Source of the DNA: the human T2T-CHM13v2.0 reference genome, Homo sapiens
NCBI RefSeq assembly: GCF_009914755.1
Contig: NC_060931.1
Reading direction: 5' to 3' (one strand)
Length of the DNA stretch: 64,000 bases
This document shows positions 43,501 to 58,879 of this stretch, piece by piece. Made by a program: the position numbers and the translations under genes. Below the pieces are notes generated by a model that searched no databases, had not been told where the DNA came from, and saw nothing but the letters and a program-made list of their open reading frames with translations. Each line of letters starts with the position of its first letter. The stretch's first letter is position 1.

Positions 43501-44239
43501 AGGCCAGCCATGACAGGCCCAAGCCTGCTCAGCTCTGCACTTCTGGGGATCCCCTTATTCCTGACTCTCCCCCCTCCCCCACTTGGAAGAGACCTAGGCC
43601 CTGCACCCTAATGAGGAGGACCGGGGTGAGGGGGTGCAGAGTGTCCCGGGGGGGCTCCGAGCGCTTGGCAGGGGACTCAGCAAGGGAGCGTAGGGCGGGC
43701 CTCACGTCTGCAGCTCCAGGAGGCAGTTGGGCTCTGAGGGTGGGGAGCCGGCCGGGCTGGAGCTATGGGCCTCGCGGAGGTCCTGCAGCACCCGGAGCAG
43801 CCGGGCCAATGAGTCCTCGGGGACTGTGGGCAGAGGCAGCCGTGAGGGCCCCTGGGAGTGAGCCCGAGGACCCCACCCGTGCATCTCTGGAGGGGGCTCG
43901 GGCCACGAGCAAGTCCCAGGTGGGCAAGACCTACCTTTGCCAGGGCTCGTGGGCACCGTGCCTGCCTCTGCACCCCCGCTCAGCTCCCGGTGCCTCTCCC
44001 TGTGGGGGAGGTCAGAGTGAGGGCCAGTAGCCTCCACTCTCCCTGCCAGACCTTCTGGTGTCCTTGTGGGAAGGCTGGGGGTGGCCCAGCATGGGCCTCC
44101 TGGGCTAGAGGTGGCTCTGGGGGTGATGGCAGGGCTGACTCTTTCAGTCTATGAAGAGGCTGGGCCAAGGCCCACCAGGGCACCTTCCACCTTCTCCCTC
44201 CCCGTGTCTCCTCCTCCTCCCCATCCGACTGTGGGTTGA

Positions 44240-44647
<408 letters not shown>

Positions 44648-46253
44648 TGACAGATGAATGAGCTCCAGCTCCAGTTGGCTCAGGGGAAGCTGAGCGCATG
44701 GGAAGCACTGGATCACCTTGAAGTATCCTGGCACCAGCCACATCTCCAGAGACCCTGAGTGATGGGGCCTTGGCATCCTGTTTTTTAAAGCTGATCTTTA
44801 AAAGCATCCTGTTTTTTCTAAGCTTCTGCCAAGGCTGAGAACCACTGGACGAAGCAAGATGGCCAAGGAACTCAGGGAATTGGCTGAGGCTGTGCCTGTA
44901 CTCCAAGGGCCCAGGGGAACAGCTGGGCAGGTTGCAAGGTGGGCTGAGTCAGCACATGGCATGAAGCAGGCATGGCCCTGACCCTTGGGGCCTCTGTCCT
45001 AACCTGAGCTGGCCTCGTGCTGCAGAGAGGTACTCCTGGTGCCCTCCCCAGATGTGGCCAATTACAAGAGAGGTGACCAGCCACCATGGAGCAGCCCCAA
45101 GCCTGGCACGTTCCCCAGGCTGCACAGGCTCTCCTGGGTGGGACTCACCACAGCATGGCCTCCACGCCCAGCAGGTGCCGGTAGATGAGCTGGGCCTCAA
45201 GGTCATGGTCAAGAGGGTCATTCCACTCCTGCAGGGTCACCCGTGACCGGGTCTTATCGCAGCCCTGACCTGGGGGCACAGAGAGGGCAAAGTTACAAGC
45301 AGACACTTGGGACTACCATGTCCAACACTGTGGTTGCACAGATGGAGAAACAGAGGCCTGGAGAGGAGAGAGATGCACTCGGGGGTCCCTGGTGAGGGCT
45401 GGGCTGGGAGCATAGCCTGGTAAGTCTGACCCAGGCCCTGCCTCGGCTCCCCACCCTCTGGGGGCAGCAGCTCCTCTTGGGGTCAGCCCCTGCACCACGG
45501 GATGTGTGACTGAGGAGCATGGATATCATCAGGATATGACTCGGGTTGCTGGGTAACTTTTGGTTTTTTTTGAGACGGAGTCTCGCTCTGTCGCGCAGGC
45601 TGCAGTGCAGTGGCACGATCTTGGCTCACTGCGAGCTCTGCCTCCCAGGTTCACGCCATTCTCCTGTTTCAGACTCCTGAGTAGCTGGGACTGCAGATGC
45701 CCGCCACCACGCCCAGCTAATTTTTTATATTTTTAGTAGAGACGGGGTTTCACTGTGTTAGCCAGGATGATCTCGATCTCCTGACCTCGTGATTTGCCCG
45801 TCTCGGCCTCCCAAAGTGCTGAGTTACAGGCGTGAGCCACCGCGCACAGCCAGGGAGCCGGGTAACTTTCTGGACAACTGTCTGCCTGGAAGGGAGCAGG
45901 CTGAAACGTTAACATCATGGTGAGGTGGGCCACAGGGGGTTCATGCCTTAGAATGAGCTGGTCCTGCAGCTTGCTGTCTTTATGACCTTGCCAAGTCATC
46001 TGCCTTCCCTAAGCCTCAGCTTCTCCTCCATACAGTGGAATAACAGGCCCTGTCTCTTGGGCCAGGGTGGGTCCCACCTTGCCGATAATGAGAGTATCGC
46101 TCTGATGGTTACAGGCAGAGGCTGCAGGCCATATCAGCCAGCCAGCAATGCCCTTGCAAAGAGTCACCAAGAGGCCAGGCACAGTGGCTCACACCTGTAA
46201 TCCCAGCACTTTGGGAGGCTGAGGCAGGAAGATAGCTTGAGGCCAGGAGTTCA

Positions 46254-46457
<204 letters not shown>

Positions 46458-46653
46458 TCAAAACAAAAACAAAAACAAAAGAGTCACCCATCCCTATACA
46501 GTGCTTGGCTGTAAATCCAGGGCTGGGCTAGAGTGCGTGGGTCAGTTTTCGATGGCCTCTGCCACACTGGGCTCTGGGGACCAAGGTTTGGCCTGGCCTG
46601 AAGGACAGGGGACTCGAAGTGCTGAGTCTCCTCTGTAAAGTAAGTGTGGATAA

Positions 46654-46899
<246 letters not shown>

Positions 46900-47881
46900 T
46901 GAGTGGCTGGGACTACAGGCCCACGCCGCCATGCCTGGCTAATTTTTTTTTTGTATTTTAGCAGAGATGGAGTTTCACCATGTTGCCTAGGCTTGTCTCT
47001 AACTCCTGAGCTCAGGCAATCTGCCTACCTTGGCCTCCCAAAGTGCTAGGATTACAGGCGTGAGCCACCACACCCGGCCAAAACAACATTTTTAAAAATG
47101 TGAAACTCAGGCCAGATGTGGTGGCTCACTCCTACAATCTCAGCACTTTGGGAGGCCGAGGCAGGAGGATTGCTTGAGCCTGGGAATTCAAGACCAGCCT
47201 GAACAACATAGCAAGATCCCACCTCTAAAAAAATTTTTTTTAAATGAGCCAGGTGTGGTGATGCATGCCGGTAGTGCCAGCCTACTCAGAGGCTGAGGCA
47301 GGAGGATTGCTTGAGCCCAGGAGTTGGAGGCTGCAGTGAGCTATGATCGTGCCACTACACTCCAGCCTGGGCAACAGAGCAAGACCCTGTTTTAAAAAAT
47401 TAAACAAAAAAAACCCCTCAGCTCCTCAAGCCACATTTCAAGTGCTCAAGAACCACAGGTGCTAGAACCTAGAGTACTACACAGTATGGCGTCCTTCTAG
47501 AAGCTCCTCTATGCCATCCCTCTAGTGCCCAAGGCTCAGGGTCCCCTCCCACCCACAGCTCCGGATTCAGATGGCCAGCATTGGAGTGTGCGAACCCAGG
47601 GGCTCTCTGGCTCTCATTTGCAGGGGGCTCCTCGAATGTGTTCCTGAGAACACCTGTTCTGTAAGAAGCTCCTTGGGGAAGAGAAGGGTTCCCTGTCAAA
47701 AGAGTTTGGGAAGTGCTGGGATAAACCACGTTAGAAATGGAATTCTAGGCCGGGCGTGGTGGCTCACACCTGTAATCCCAGCACTTTGGGAGGCCGAGGA
47801 GGGCAGATCACGAGGTCGGGAGTTCAAGACCAGCCTGGCCAACATGGTAAAACCCCGTCTTTACTGAAAATACAAAACTTA

Positions 47882-48094
<213 letters not shown>

Positions 48095-48097
48095 TCA

Positions 48098-48346
<249 letters not shown>

Positions 48347-49139
48347 TCATATGCTTCACACACATCACGTGGCATTTCCCAAACCACCTGGTCCACGGGA
48401 CCCTTTCTGCCCAGAGCTCCTGGAGGGGCCAGCATTCCTTGGGTTATGTCCCTGCAGGTGCACAGCAGGGCTCAGGGTCCCATCGTTCAGCCAGAGGCCC
48501 GATCTCGCAGTGGACGGATGCAGAGCCCGGGACCCAGGCCTCCTCTCCCACCTGTCTTCTCTTTTTGGTGGCAGCAGCTCCACTTGTCCCCACAGAAGAT
48601 GCCAGGGTGGTAGGAGCCCAGCAGTCCGGTGTTGTTGATGCTCACCTTCCGCAGCACAGACAGCCACTGGTTAAGCTCATTCACACACTGCAGGGGACAC
48701 AGAGGGGGAGGCCTGTTCAGACGTCACCTCCTCCAGGAAGCCCTCCTAACCCGGAGCTCCTGTACCATGCCAGACACCATGTTCCCCACCATACCAACCC
48801 AGCAGCTTTGAGTGAATTAGGAGAAGCTGCCCTTCCTCCAGTGGAACATGACCCATGCCCGGGCGCATGGCCTGGAGAGCAGGTGCAGTGGCTCACTCCT
48901 ATAATCCCAGTGGCTCACTCCTATAATGCCATCATGGCTGGCTAATTTCTTTTTTTTAGAGATGGGGTCTTGCTACATTGGCCAGGCTGTTCTCAAACTC
49001 CTGGCCTCCAGTGATCTTCCCACCCCAGCCTCCCAAAGTGCTGGGACTACAGCTGGGATTATAGGGGGCCGAGGTGAGAAGATCGCTTGAGCCCAGGAAT
49101 TCAAGACCAGCCTGGGCAACACAGCAAGACTTCATCCTC

Positions 49140-49232
49140 TCCTCTCCCACCTGTCTTGTCTTTTTGGTGGCAACAGCTCCACTTGTCCCCACGGAAGGCA
49201 CCGGGATGGTAGGAGCCCAGGAGGCTGGTGTG
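49140..49232 (-). pseudogene. Partial duplicate of the RASA4 BTK-motif exon, including its donor
   Basis: HTSLLGSYHPGAFRGDKWSCCHQKDKT|GTGGGAGAGG aligns to 48541-48633. Confidence 0.85.
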
Positions 49233-49580
49233 GGCTGGATTTCAGCCGCCGCTGGCCCCTTGGCCACGCTCGTAGGTATTCCAGAACCCGCCAAATATAT
49301 TTGGTGGCCCTGATATCACTACTTTTCCCAGTGGCTCTGGACCCTGACACAAAAGGGAACTCCTAGAGGGAAGGGCACAGAGGGACAGGTCTGTGACTTC
49401 CTCCCCACAGGCCAGGACGGTCAAGCCCGGAAGAAACCAACCCCCCTCCAGCTGCAGGCTTCCTACTTGTCCCACATGTCCCTGCCCTAGATACACATCT
49501 GGGTCACCCTCCTACAAGGTCCCTGCTCGAATGCCACCCATCAGAGGTCCTCCCTGACCACTCTTTAATTAATTTACTAA

Positions 49581-49828
<248 letters not shown>

Positions 49829-49887
49829 TAGTCCCTTCTGGTTCCCTTCAAGTCACTATCACAATTTGCTTTTTTTTTTTTTTTTAA

Positions 49888-50268
<381 letters not shown>

Positions 50269-50790
50269 TAGGAGGTGCTCAGTAAGTATTTTTTAAATAA
50301 ATGAATGAATGAGTTAATGAAGGAACAGATGAGAAGGTTACTTGAGAACATGCACCCAGAGCCACACAGAGCATAATGTTTGATTATTAGGCATTGATAC
50401 AGACACAGAACCACACAGGTGCCAGCTCAGACTTTCTTTTTTAGAGAAAGGGTTTTGCTCTGTTGCCCCGGCTAGAATGCTGGGATTATCCGCGTGAACC
50501 AGCGTGCCTGGCCCCCATCTCAGTTATCTGGAAATAGTTTCCAACAAACGGGTGCAACGTGCAAATTTCACATCACGGGGATGCACCTGTCTGTGCACTG
50601 GCCCACACACAGACCTACACATGGATGCCCAGGGAAAGACATGGGCCATGGCCTCCTGGGGGCTCAGGCCCCTGGACAACACACACACACCTGTCCCTGA
50701 CACCTCCCAGATTAGACACACCCTGCGGTGCCTGATGTAGCTGGTAGCGGGGCGAGAGGCTCAATCAACTCTTTTCTCATCCAGTCCACT

Positions 50791-51030
50791 CAGGCCCCTC
50801 CCACAGCACCCAGGCCACTCCCACAGAGCTCAGGCCACTCCCATAGCACCCAGGCCATTCCCACAGCACCCAGGGCATTCCCATAGCATCCAGGGCACTC
50901 CCACAGCACCCAGGCCACTCCCATAGAGCTCAGGCCACTCCCACAGGGCTCATGCCACTCCCACAGTACCCAGGCCACTCCCACAGCACCCAAGCCACTC
51001 CCACAGTGTTCAGGCCACTCCCACAGCACC
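50791..51030 (+). repeat. 20-bp minisatellite x12
   Basis: CAGGCCACTCCCACAGCACC variants, 17 bp from the RASA4 exon end at 51048. Confidence 0.95.
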
Positions 51031-51534
51031 CGCTCCCCTCCCCGCACCTTGCACTGCAGGTAGGCAGTCTGGGGCCTGCCGGCGTCGTCCGTGTAGATGA
51101 CCTGCATGACGTGCGAGCTGCCAAAGTTCTTTTCCTCAACCTTTTCTGCTGCCCGGATGTTGGCTAACTTGATGAGGGCGCTTTTCTGGGGCAGTCAGGG
51201 AGGAGGAGGCTCAGGGACCTAGCCAGGGGCATTCCATTCCCCATCTCTGGGCCTCAGTCTCCCCTTCTGCAGCACCAGGGGTAGGCGTGGGAGACCCAGA
51301 GTGACCTCAGCCAGGGCAGAGCACAGACTGATGGTGACCAAGTGCCCAGCAACTGGGAGAGGAGGACCTGGCCTCTCTGGGGGGCACTCCCAGAAGGCCT
51401 CGGAGGTGTGAGCTTTGGGGTAGTGTCTGGACAGCCAGCATTCCCTGGGCTACAAAGTCAATCCAGCCGTGGCCAAGGCTTTGTGACTTTGCATTTATTA
51501 ATTTTCCAACTTGCTTTTGTAGTCCCAAGCTCTA

Positions 51535-51858
<324 letters not shown>

Positions 51859-52628
51859 TTAAATAATGCCCATGTAGTCAAATCTTTCAACTCTGGCAAG
51901 GAAGATGTATAATAATCATCTGAGTGCTTTGGGAGGCTGGGGCAGGAGGATTGCCTGAGGCCAGGAGTTTGAGAACAGCCTGGGCAGCATAGCAAGACCC
52001 CATCTCTGCAAAAAAAAAATGTTAAAGAAAATTAGCTGGGCTTGGTGGCACGTGCCTGTAGTCCCAGCTACTCAGGAGGCTGAGGCAGGAAGATTGCTTG
52101 AGCCCAGGAGTTTGAGGCTGCAGTCAGCTATGATCGCACCACTGCACTACAGTCTGGGTGACAGAGCAAGACCCTGTCTCAAAAAATAATTATCATCATC
52201 TGAGGGGTCTTTGGTCGGAAGGGGCGGGCCCCTCATCTGGTGGGACCCCTGAGCTGGTTGAGAACAGGGTGGGTGATGAGCTCCTTCACCTACTCCTAGC
52301 CCGCTCTCACCTGCCCAGGGCTAGGCTGGGTACTCCTGGAAGATCATCCCCATAGCCTGCATGACTAGGGGCAGGTGTACAGCAAGCAGTCACCAGGTCC
52401 ATGGAGGAAGTATGTCCTCAGCCCTTCCTGGGAGAAGAGAGCTTGCAGGAGAGGTGACCCATGACTCAGAGAGGGCTGTACAAGGTGATCTTTGAGATCC
52501 CCTCCCACACCAAGATTCCATGCTTCTATATTCCTGCCCGTTCCAGGAAGCCTCCCCTGTTTGCCCTAGCCTCCTACTCATCTAGCAGCCCAGGTGATGT
52601 ACTATCTTTAATAATACCATTTGCCTAA

Positions 52629-53026
<398 letters not shown>

Positions 53027-53399
53027 TAGGTTCTGACAAGCAGTACAGATGCCACACACCTGGCTTTCTTCTCTGACCCCGGGGGTACCTCAAGTGGGCT
53101 CCAAGGAAGGGGACAGGTGCCTCTAAGGTGCCCCACTTGCCGGCCTCTCAGAGCCCCACTTGCCGGCCTCCCTCCTTACCCACCTTGGAGCTGGGCGTCT
53201 TCGCGAAGCTGAGGGCCTCGGTAGTGAGGGAGAAGTAGAGCTTCTTGAAGGAGGAGGACATGAGGGGGCCCTTGCCCTTGGTCCTGTGGATGAAGAGTGG
53301 CCCCTCCTTCACAGGTGGCGCCTGCAAACTCAGCGTCCGCTGCAGGTCCAGCTCTGCCAGGCCAGGGAGGGAGGGGAATAGAGAGCCCAGGGAATGAGG

Positions 53400-53885
53400 G
53401 CGGGTCTGGGGGGGGGCGGAGCAGTGGGCGGGGCCATGGGGCTCAAGGGCTGAGCAAATCTGAACAGCAGGCAGTGGACGTAGTCATGGGGCTCAAGGGC
53501 GGAGCAAACATCAACAGCTGGTGGTGAGCGGGGTGACAGGTGGACTGAGGAAGGCAGGGCCATGGGCTTGGAGGCGGGACACGCGTCAGTAGCAGGTGGC
53601 GGCGGGGCTATGGAGCTCAAGGATGGAGCAAATGTCAACAGGCACAGATGATGGGAGGTGAGGCCATGGGTCTAGGGGTGGGGCAAACGTCAACAGCAGG
53701 CAGTGGGCAGGGTCACAGGAAGCACAAACAGTGGTGCGTGGGTCTATGGCCTGGGGGCCTGGCAAATGTCAACAGCAGGCGGTGGGTGGGGCCACGAGAG
53801 GAACAAACAGCGGTGGGTGGGGCCGTGGGGCTCAAGGGCGGAGCAAACGTCAGCAGTAGGCTGTGGGCGGGTCTGTGCAGGGCGG
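53400..53885 (+). repeat. Degenerate ~50-bp GC-rich tandem repeat, about 8 copies
   Basis: Recurring GGGCCATGGGGCTCAAGGGCGGAGCAAACGTCAACAGCAGGCAGTGG. Confidence 0.75.
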
Positions 53886-56260
53886 CGCTCACCGTCCTTC
53901 TCCTCGATGTCCACGAGCTTGGTGATGAAGTCCTTCAGCTGCGCCACGCCCTGGCGCACGGTGGGCTGCAGCGGCTCCATCCAAGCCTCCTTGGCCCTGG
54001 AAGCCGGCGTGTCCATGTTGCCCACGTTCTGGACTGCCTGGAGGTGACAGCAGGAAGGACCAGGTTCTGCTAGGTTAGGGGCCTAGCCACTGCACCCCCT
54101 CCCACCCCCCCTCCCCAAGTCTTTGCTACTCAGCTGTAGCGATGGAGGCAGAGGCGACAGAGGCCATGCCCACGGGCCCCCTCCAGCCCCACTAGGGATC
54201 AGGGAGGAGAGGATCATGAAGTTTGATGCCTTATGATAACTGAGACCACTTGGGCCTTCCTCTGTAGGTTTAACTGACGCTGCTGCACTGGATACCCCAC
54301 CCCGGTGCCGGGCACATAGGTGCAGCCTGAGAGTAAGCAGACCTGGGTTGGAAGGTCCCGCGATTCACCACCGACAGGATGGGCGGCCTTGGCAACCCCC
54401 GACCCCTCGCAGGCCTGTTCCCTTATCCATGAGATGGAACTCGGACAAGGTGGCCACAGGAAGGCTTTGCAAACTGTGAAGTGCAGTGCCTACGTGGGCG
54501 TGCCAGTGGCCTCGCCGGAGCCGGTAGGGAACACTCTGCAGTCCAGGCCAGGGCCCCGGTAGGACACCCAGCTGTGCATCCCGCCCGTGGCCGCAAGGCC
54601 CGCACCTTGGCCAACAGGAGCAGGGTGCGGCTGGTGCGGGCGTCCGCGTGGCGCTCCCGCAGGTGGAAGAGCTTGGGCGACATGATGGCGGGAGAGAAGA
54701 AGCGCAGGCACAGGAAGCTGGTGACGGCGATGAACGGTACATTCTGGAGGGGTGCGGAAGAGCGCGGGCTGGAGTCCCCCAGACCAGGGCTCCTGGCAGC
54801 CCCCTCCCCTTAGGCTCCGTCCCTGACCCTCGCCGGGACACAGCCTCCCTGGTCCTCCCCAGCGCTCCCTGGTTCCCCACCGCTCTTCGCCCGCCCCTCG
54901 CCCCAGCCCAGTCCAACCCGGCCCAGCCTAGCCCAGCGGGTGGAGGGCGCACCTCGTGCTGGGCGCCGGGGAAGCGCTCGCGCACGCGCCGGAAGAGCTG
55001 GCGGAAGGTGGCGCGCACCACGGCGGGGCACGCGGGAACCGAGCGGCTGAGCGCGCTCAGCAGGGCCCCCAGGTGGGCGCGCAGCGTCTGCGCGCTCTGC
55101 TCCAGCACCTCGGCCTCGGTCTGCGGGCGGTGCAGCCCGGAACACCTGCGTGGAACGGGGCGGGTTGGCAGAGGAGGTCACGGTCAGCGCCAGGGCCACG
55201 ACAGGAACAGTGGCTCTCACAGCAGCCGGGACACGGACACAGGGGACAATACACGGGTGGGCAGAAGCACAAACACACATGCTGACAGGGCCTGATCCCA
55301 ACCCGCTGCCGCTGCGCCCCGCACCCCCCCGGAGTTACCCCCGGCCTCACCCTACATCCTTAACTTCCACTTTGCTGGGGTCCAGCTCCACGTACTTCTC
55401 CTCAAACACCTTGTTGATGATGGGGCCCAGGACGCCGTGCAGGTACTGCATCCCGGCCACCTGGGGACCACCGCAGGTCACATTGATCCTGTCTCCCCCA
55501 GTCCCACTCCAGCTGCCCACCTTCTCCCGGCAGCCGCCCTTGCACCGTTTGCCTGCCGTATCCGCCCAGGAGGGGGCCAGGTACACAAGCAGGGCAAACT
55601 GTTTATTCATGAATGAATGAATGAGTGAGTGAATGAATGACTAGAATTCTTAGCCCTTGTAATCCTAGCACTTTGGGAGGCCGAGGCAGGAGGATCACTT
55701 GAGGCCAGGAGTTTGAGACCAGCCTGGGCAACATAGTGAGACTGTCTCTAACTTAAATTTTAATCACACACACATTCTTTTGGGGGGGGGGTGCGGGGCA
55801 CGGAGTCTAGCACGGGGCCCAGGCTAGAGTGCAGTGGCGTGAGCTCACTACAATCTCTGGCTTCTGGTTCAAGTGAGTCTCCTGCCTCAGCCTCCCCAGT
55901 AGCTGGGATCACAGGTGCCCACCACCATGCCAGGCTAATTTTTGTATTTTTAGTAGAGATGGGGTTTCGCCATGTTGGCCAGGCTGGTCTCGAACTCCTG
56001 ACCTTAAGTGATCCGCCCGCCTCAGCCTCCCAAAGTGCTGGAATTACAGGCATGAGCCACTATGCCCAGCCACATTCTTAACCTTAAAGGGCTCTGAATA
56101 TGGAGATAGAACACTGGAGTCGAAGTCCCAGCCCCCTCTGTCGCTCTCTCTGAAGCTCAGTGTTGTCATTTGCAAGATGAGGACAATATAGCATGCAACC
56201 TCACCTTCAGAAAAGACTCCATGGACTTTGAGGCCAGAGAGTTGCTCCGGAACAGGGTGT

Positions 56261-56372
56261 TGGTCTTTTGTTACTTGGTCATAAGTAGGCGTTTTCCTTT
56301 TGATTTGGTTCTAGGAGGTTAGTGTGCATTGGCGTTCTGTTCCCTGCTTCCAGCCCCTATTCTCCTGCCTCA
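56261..56372 (-). mobile_element. 5' fragment of an ERV1 LTR (MER51-like) truncated at the duplication junction
   Basis: Minus strand TGAGGCAGGAGAATAGGGGCTGGAAGCAGGGAAC...CCTAGAACCAAATCAAAAGGAAAAC...CCAAGTAACAAAAGACCA. Confidence 0.7.
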
Positions 56373-56719
56373 GGTTCATTAGAAAAGACTGAGTTTGGGG
56401 CCGGGCAGGGTGGCTCACACCTGTAATCCCAGTACTTTGGGAGGCCAAGGTGGGCAGATCACGAGGTCAAGAGATCGAGACCATCCTGGCCAACATGGTG
56501 AAACCCTATCTCTACTAAAAATACAAAAATTATCTGGGCATGGTGGCACGTGCCTGTAGTCCCAGCTACTCAGGAGGCTGAGGCAGGAGAATTACTTGAA
56601 CTTGGGAGGCAGAGGTTTCAGTGAGCCGAGTTCGTGGTCACTGCACTCCAGCCTGGCTACAGAGTGAGATTCCATCTCAAAAAAAAAAAAAAAAAAAAAA
56701 AGAATGAGTCTGGCCCCTT

Positions 56720-56900
56720 TTTGTCTTTCTCTCATCCTCTTTGCCTTTCACCATGTTATGATGCAGCAAGAAGCCCCTCATCAGATACTAGTGCCATGAC
56801 CTTGGACTTCCCAGCCTCCAGAACTGTGAGAAAATAAATTTCTGTTCTATGTAAATTACATAGTCTGTGGTACTTTGTTATAGCAGCACAAAACAAACAA
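56720..56900 (+). mobile_element. MaLR (MST-type) LTR 3' fragment
   Basis: ccttggacttcccagcctccagaactgtgagaaaataaatttctg...tatagcagcacaaaac. Confidence 0.75.
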
Positions 56901-57256
56901 GACAACAAGCAACAATCATGTGAACAGAAAGAAAAATGGGCATAACAAATGAACCATGTTTTTGTCCAAATTAGGTTCACAAGCCCTTATCTGCACCATC
57001 CAGACTCAAACACCTTACGATTTTGGTAGTTCATTTGGTAGCAAAAACTGACCTTAATTGTCATGAGGATATTTAGAGTCGTCTTATATTCCACTTAGCT
57101 GATTATTCACACATATCACAGCAAAAGCATGAACATGTCTGATTACCAGTTCCTGTCCAGATCCTGTGATAAGGGCTTACCCAGGACATACATGGTATAA
57201 CTTTTCTGAAATCTTAGATTGAATTCCAAAGCACATCTGGACTTAAGGGATTGTGG

Positions 57257-57990
57257 ATATATACATATATATACTATATGTATATATATACACATATGCA
57301 TATATATACACATATGCATATATATACATATATGTATATATATACATATGCATATATACATATACATATGCATATATATGTATACATATACATATGCATA
57401 TATAATATATGTATACCTATACATATGCATATATAATATATGTATACCTATACCTATGCATATATACATATATGTATACCTATACCTATGCATATATATA
57501 CATATATGTATACCTATACCTATGCATATATATACATATATGTATACCTATACCTATGCATATATATACATATATGTATACCTATACCTATGCATATATA
57601 TACATATATGTATACCTATACCTATGCATATATATACATATATGTATACCTATACCTATGCATATATACATATATGTATACCTATACATATGCATATATA
57701 TACATATATGTATACATATATACATATATGTATACCTATACATATGCATATATATACATATATGTATACATATATACACACATAGTATATATACATATAC
57801 ACTATGTGTGTGTATATATATACACATATATATACTATGTGTGTGTATATACACATATATATACTATGTGTGTGTGTATATACATATATATACTATATGT
57901 GTGTATATATATACATATATACTATATGTGTGTATATATATACATATATACTATATGTGTGTGTATATATATACATATATATACTATATA

Positions 57991-58036
<46 letters not shown>
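57257..58036. repeat. About 780-bp compound (TA)-rich microsatellite/minisatellite
   Basis: 30-32-bp units ATATATACATATATGTATACCTATACCTATGC, then TACTATGTGTGTGTATATA units, ending in pure (TA)n that abuts an Alu poly-T. Confidence 0.97.
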
Positions 58037-58069
<33 letters not shown>

Positions 58070-58090
58070 AGACAGAGTCCCGCCCTGTAG

Positions 58091-58252
<162 letters not shown>

Positions 58253-58879
58253 TAGCCAGGATGGTGTCGATCTCGTGACCCCTTGATTCGTCCACCTCGG
58301 CCTCCCAAAGTGCTGGGATTACAGGCGTGAGCCACCGTGCCCGGCAGGATTTATATTTTAAGGAGGCAGGGGAGTTATTCTCCATGGGAGGAAATAAGCC
58401 GTGAGCTGCCTTGCGCTTTGGCATGTTTCTCTATCATACAGATAAGAAGCTAGTTCAGTCAAGTGTATGCAGATTTGTGGATGGAAAAACTGGTGCTCCC
58501 AGGAGGAGGGGAGCAGATTGAGGAATTACTGACACCTTCTAGGGGCGACCAGCCAGATGTGCAGGTGAAGCACAAGACAGGTTCTCTTCATGCCTCCACT
58601 ATCCTGGCCTCGACCAAACTGCAGAGGGAAAAACTCAGGTGAGAGTGAGAAAGCACAGTCACTTTCAGTTAGGTTTGTAGCGGTGTGATCGTCACTTAGC
58701 ACTCATTTATTCGTGTATTCATACATTTATGCATGTTTCTTTCACAGATCAAACTGTTGAGGGTCCACAAACAGGCTGAAGACCTCGTCTGGAGGGAGAC
58801 TGCAGTGAACCCAAGATCGTTCAAATAAGCGCATCGACATAACAAGATTTAGAAAAGAATAAGCACGGTGCTGTGAGAG

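Noticed and set aside
41771-43611. ORFs of 165-277 aa in GC-rich sequence
   Set aside because: They lie in the predicted RASA4 3'UTR, show no recognisable domain, and are expected by chance at this GC content.
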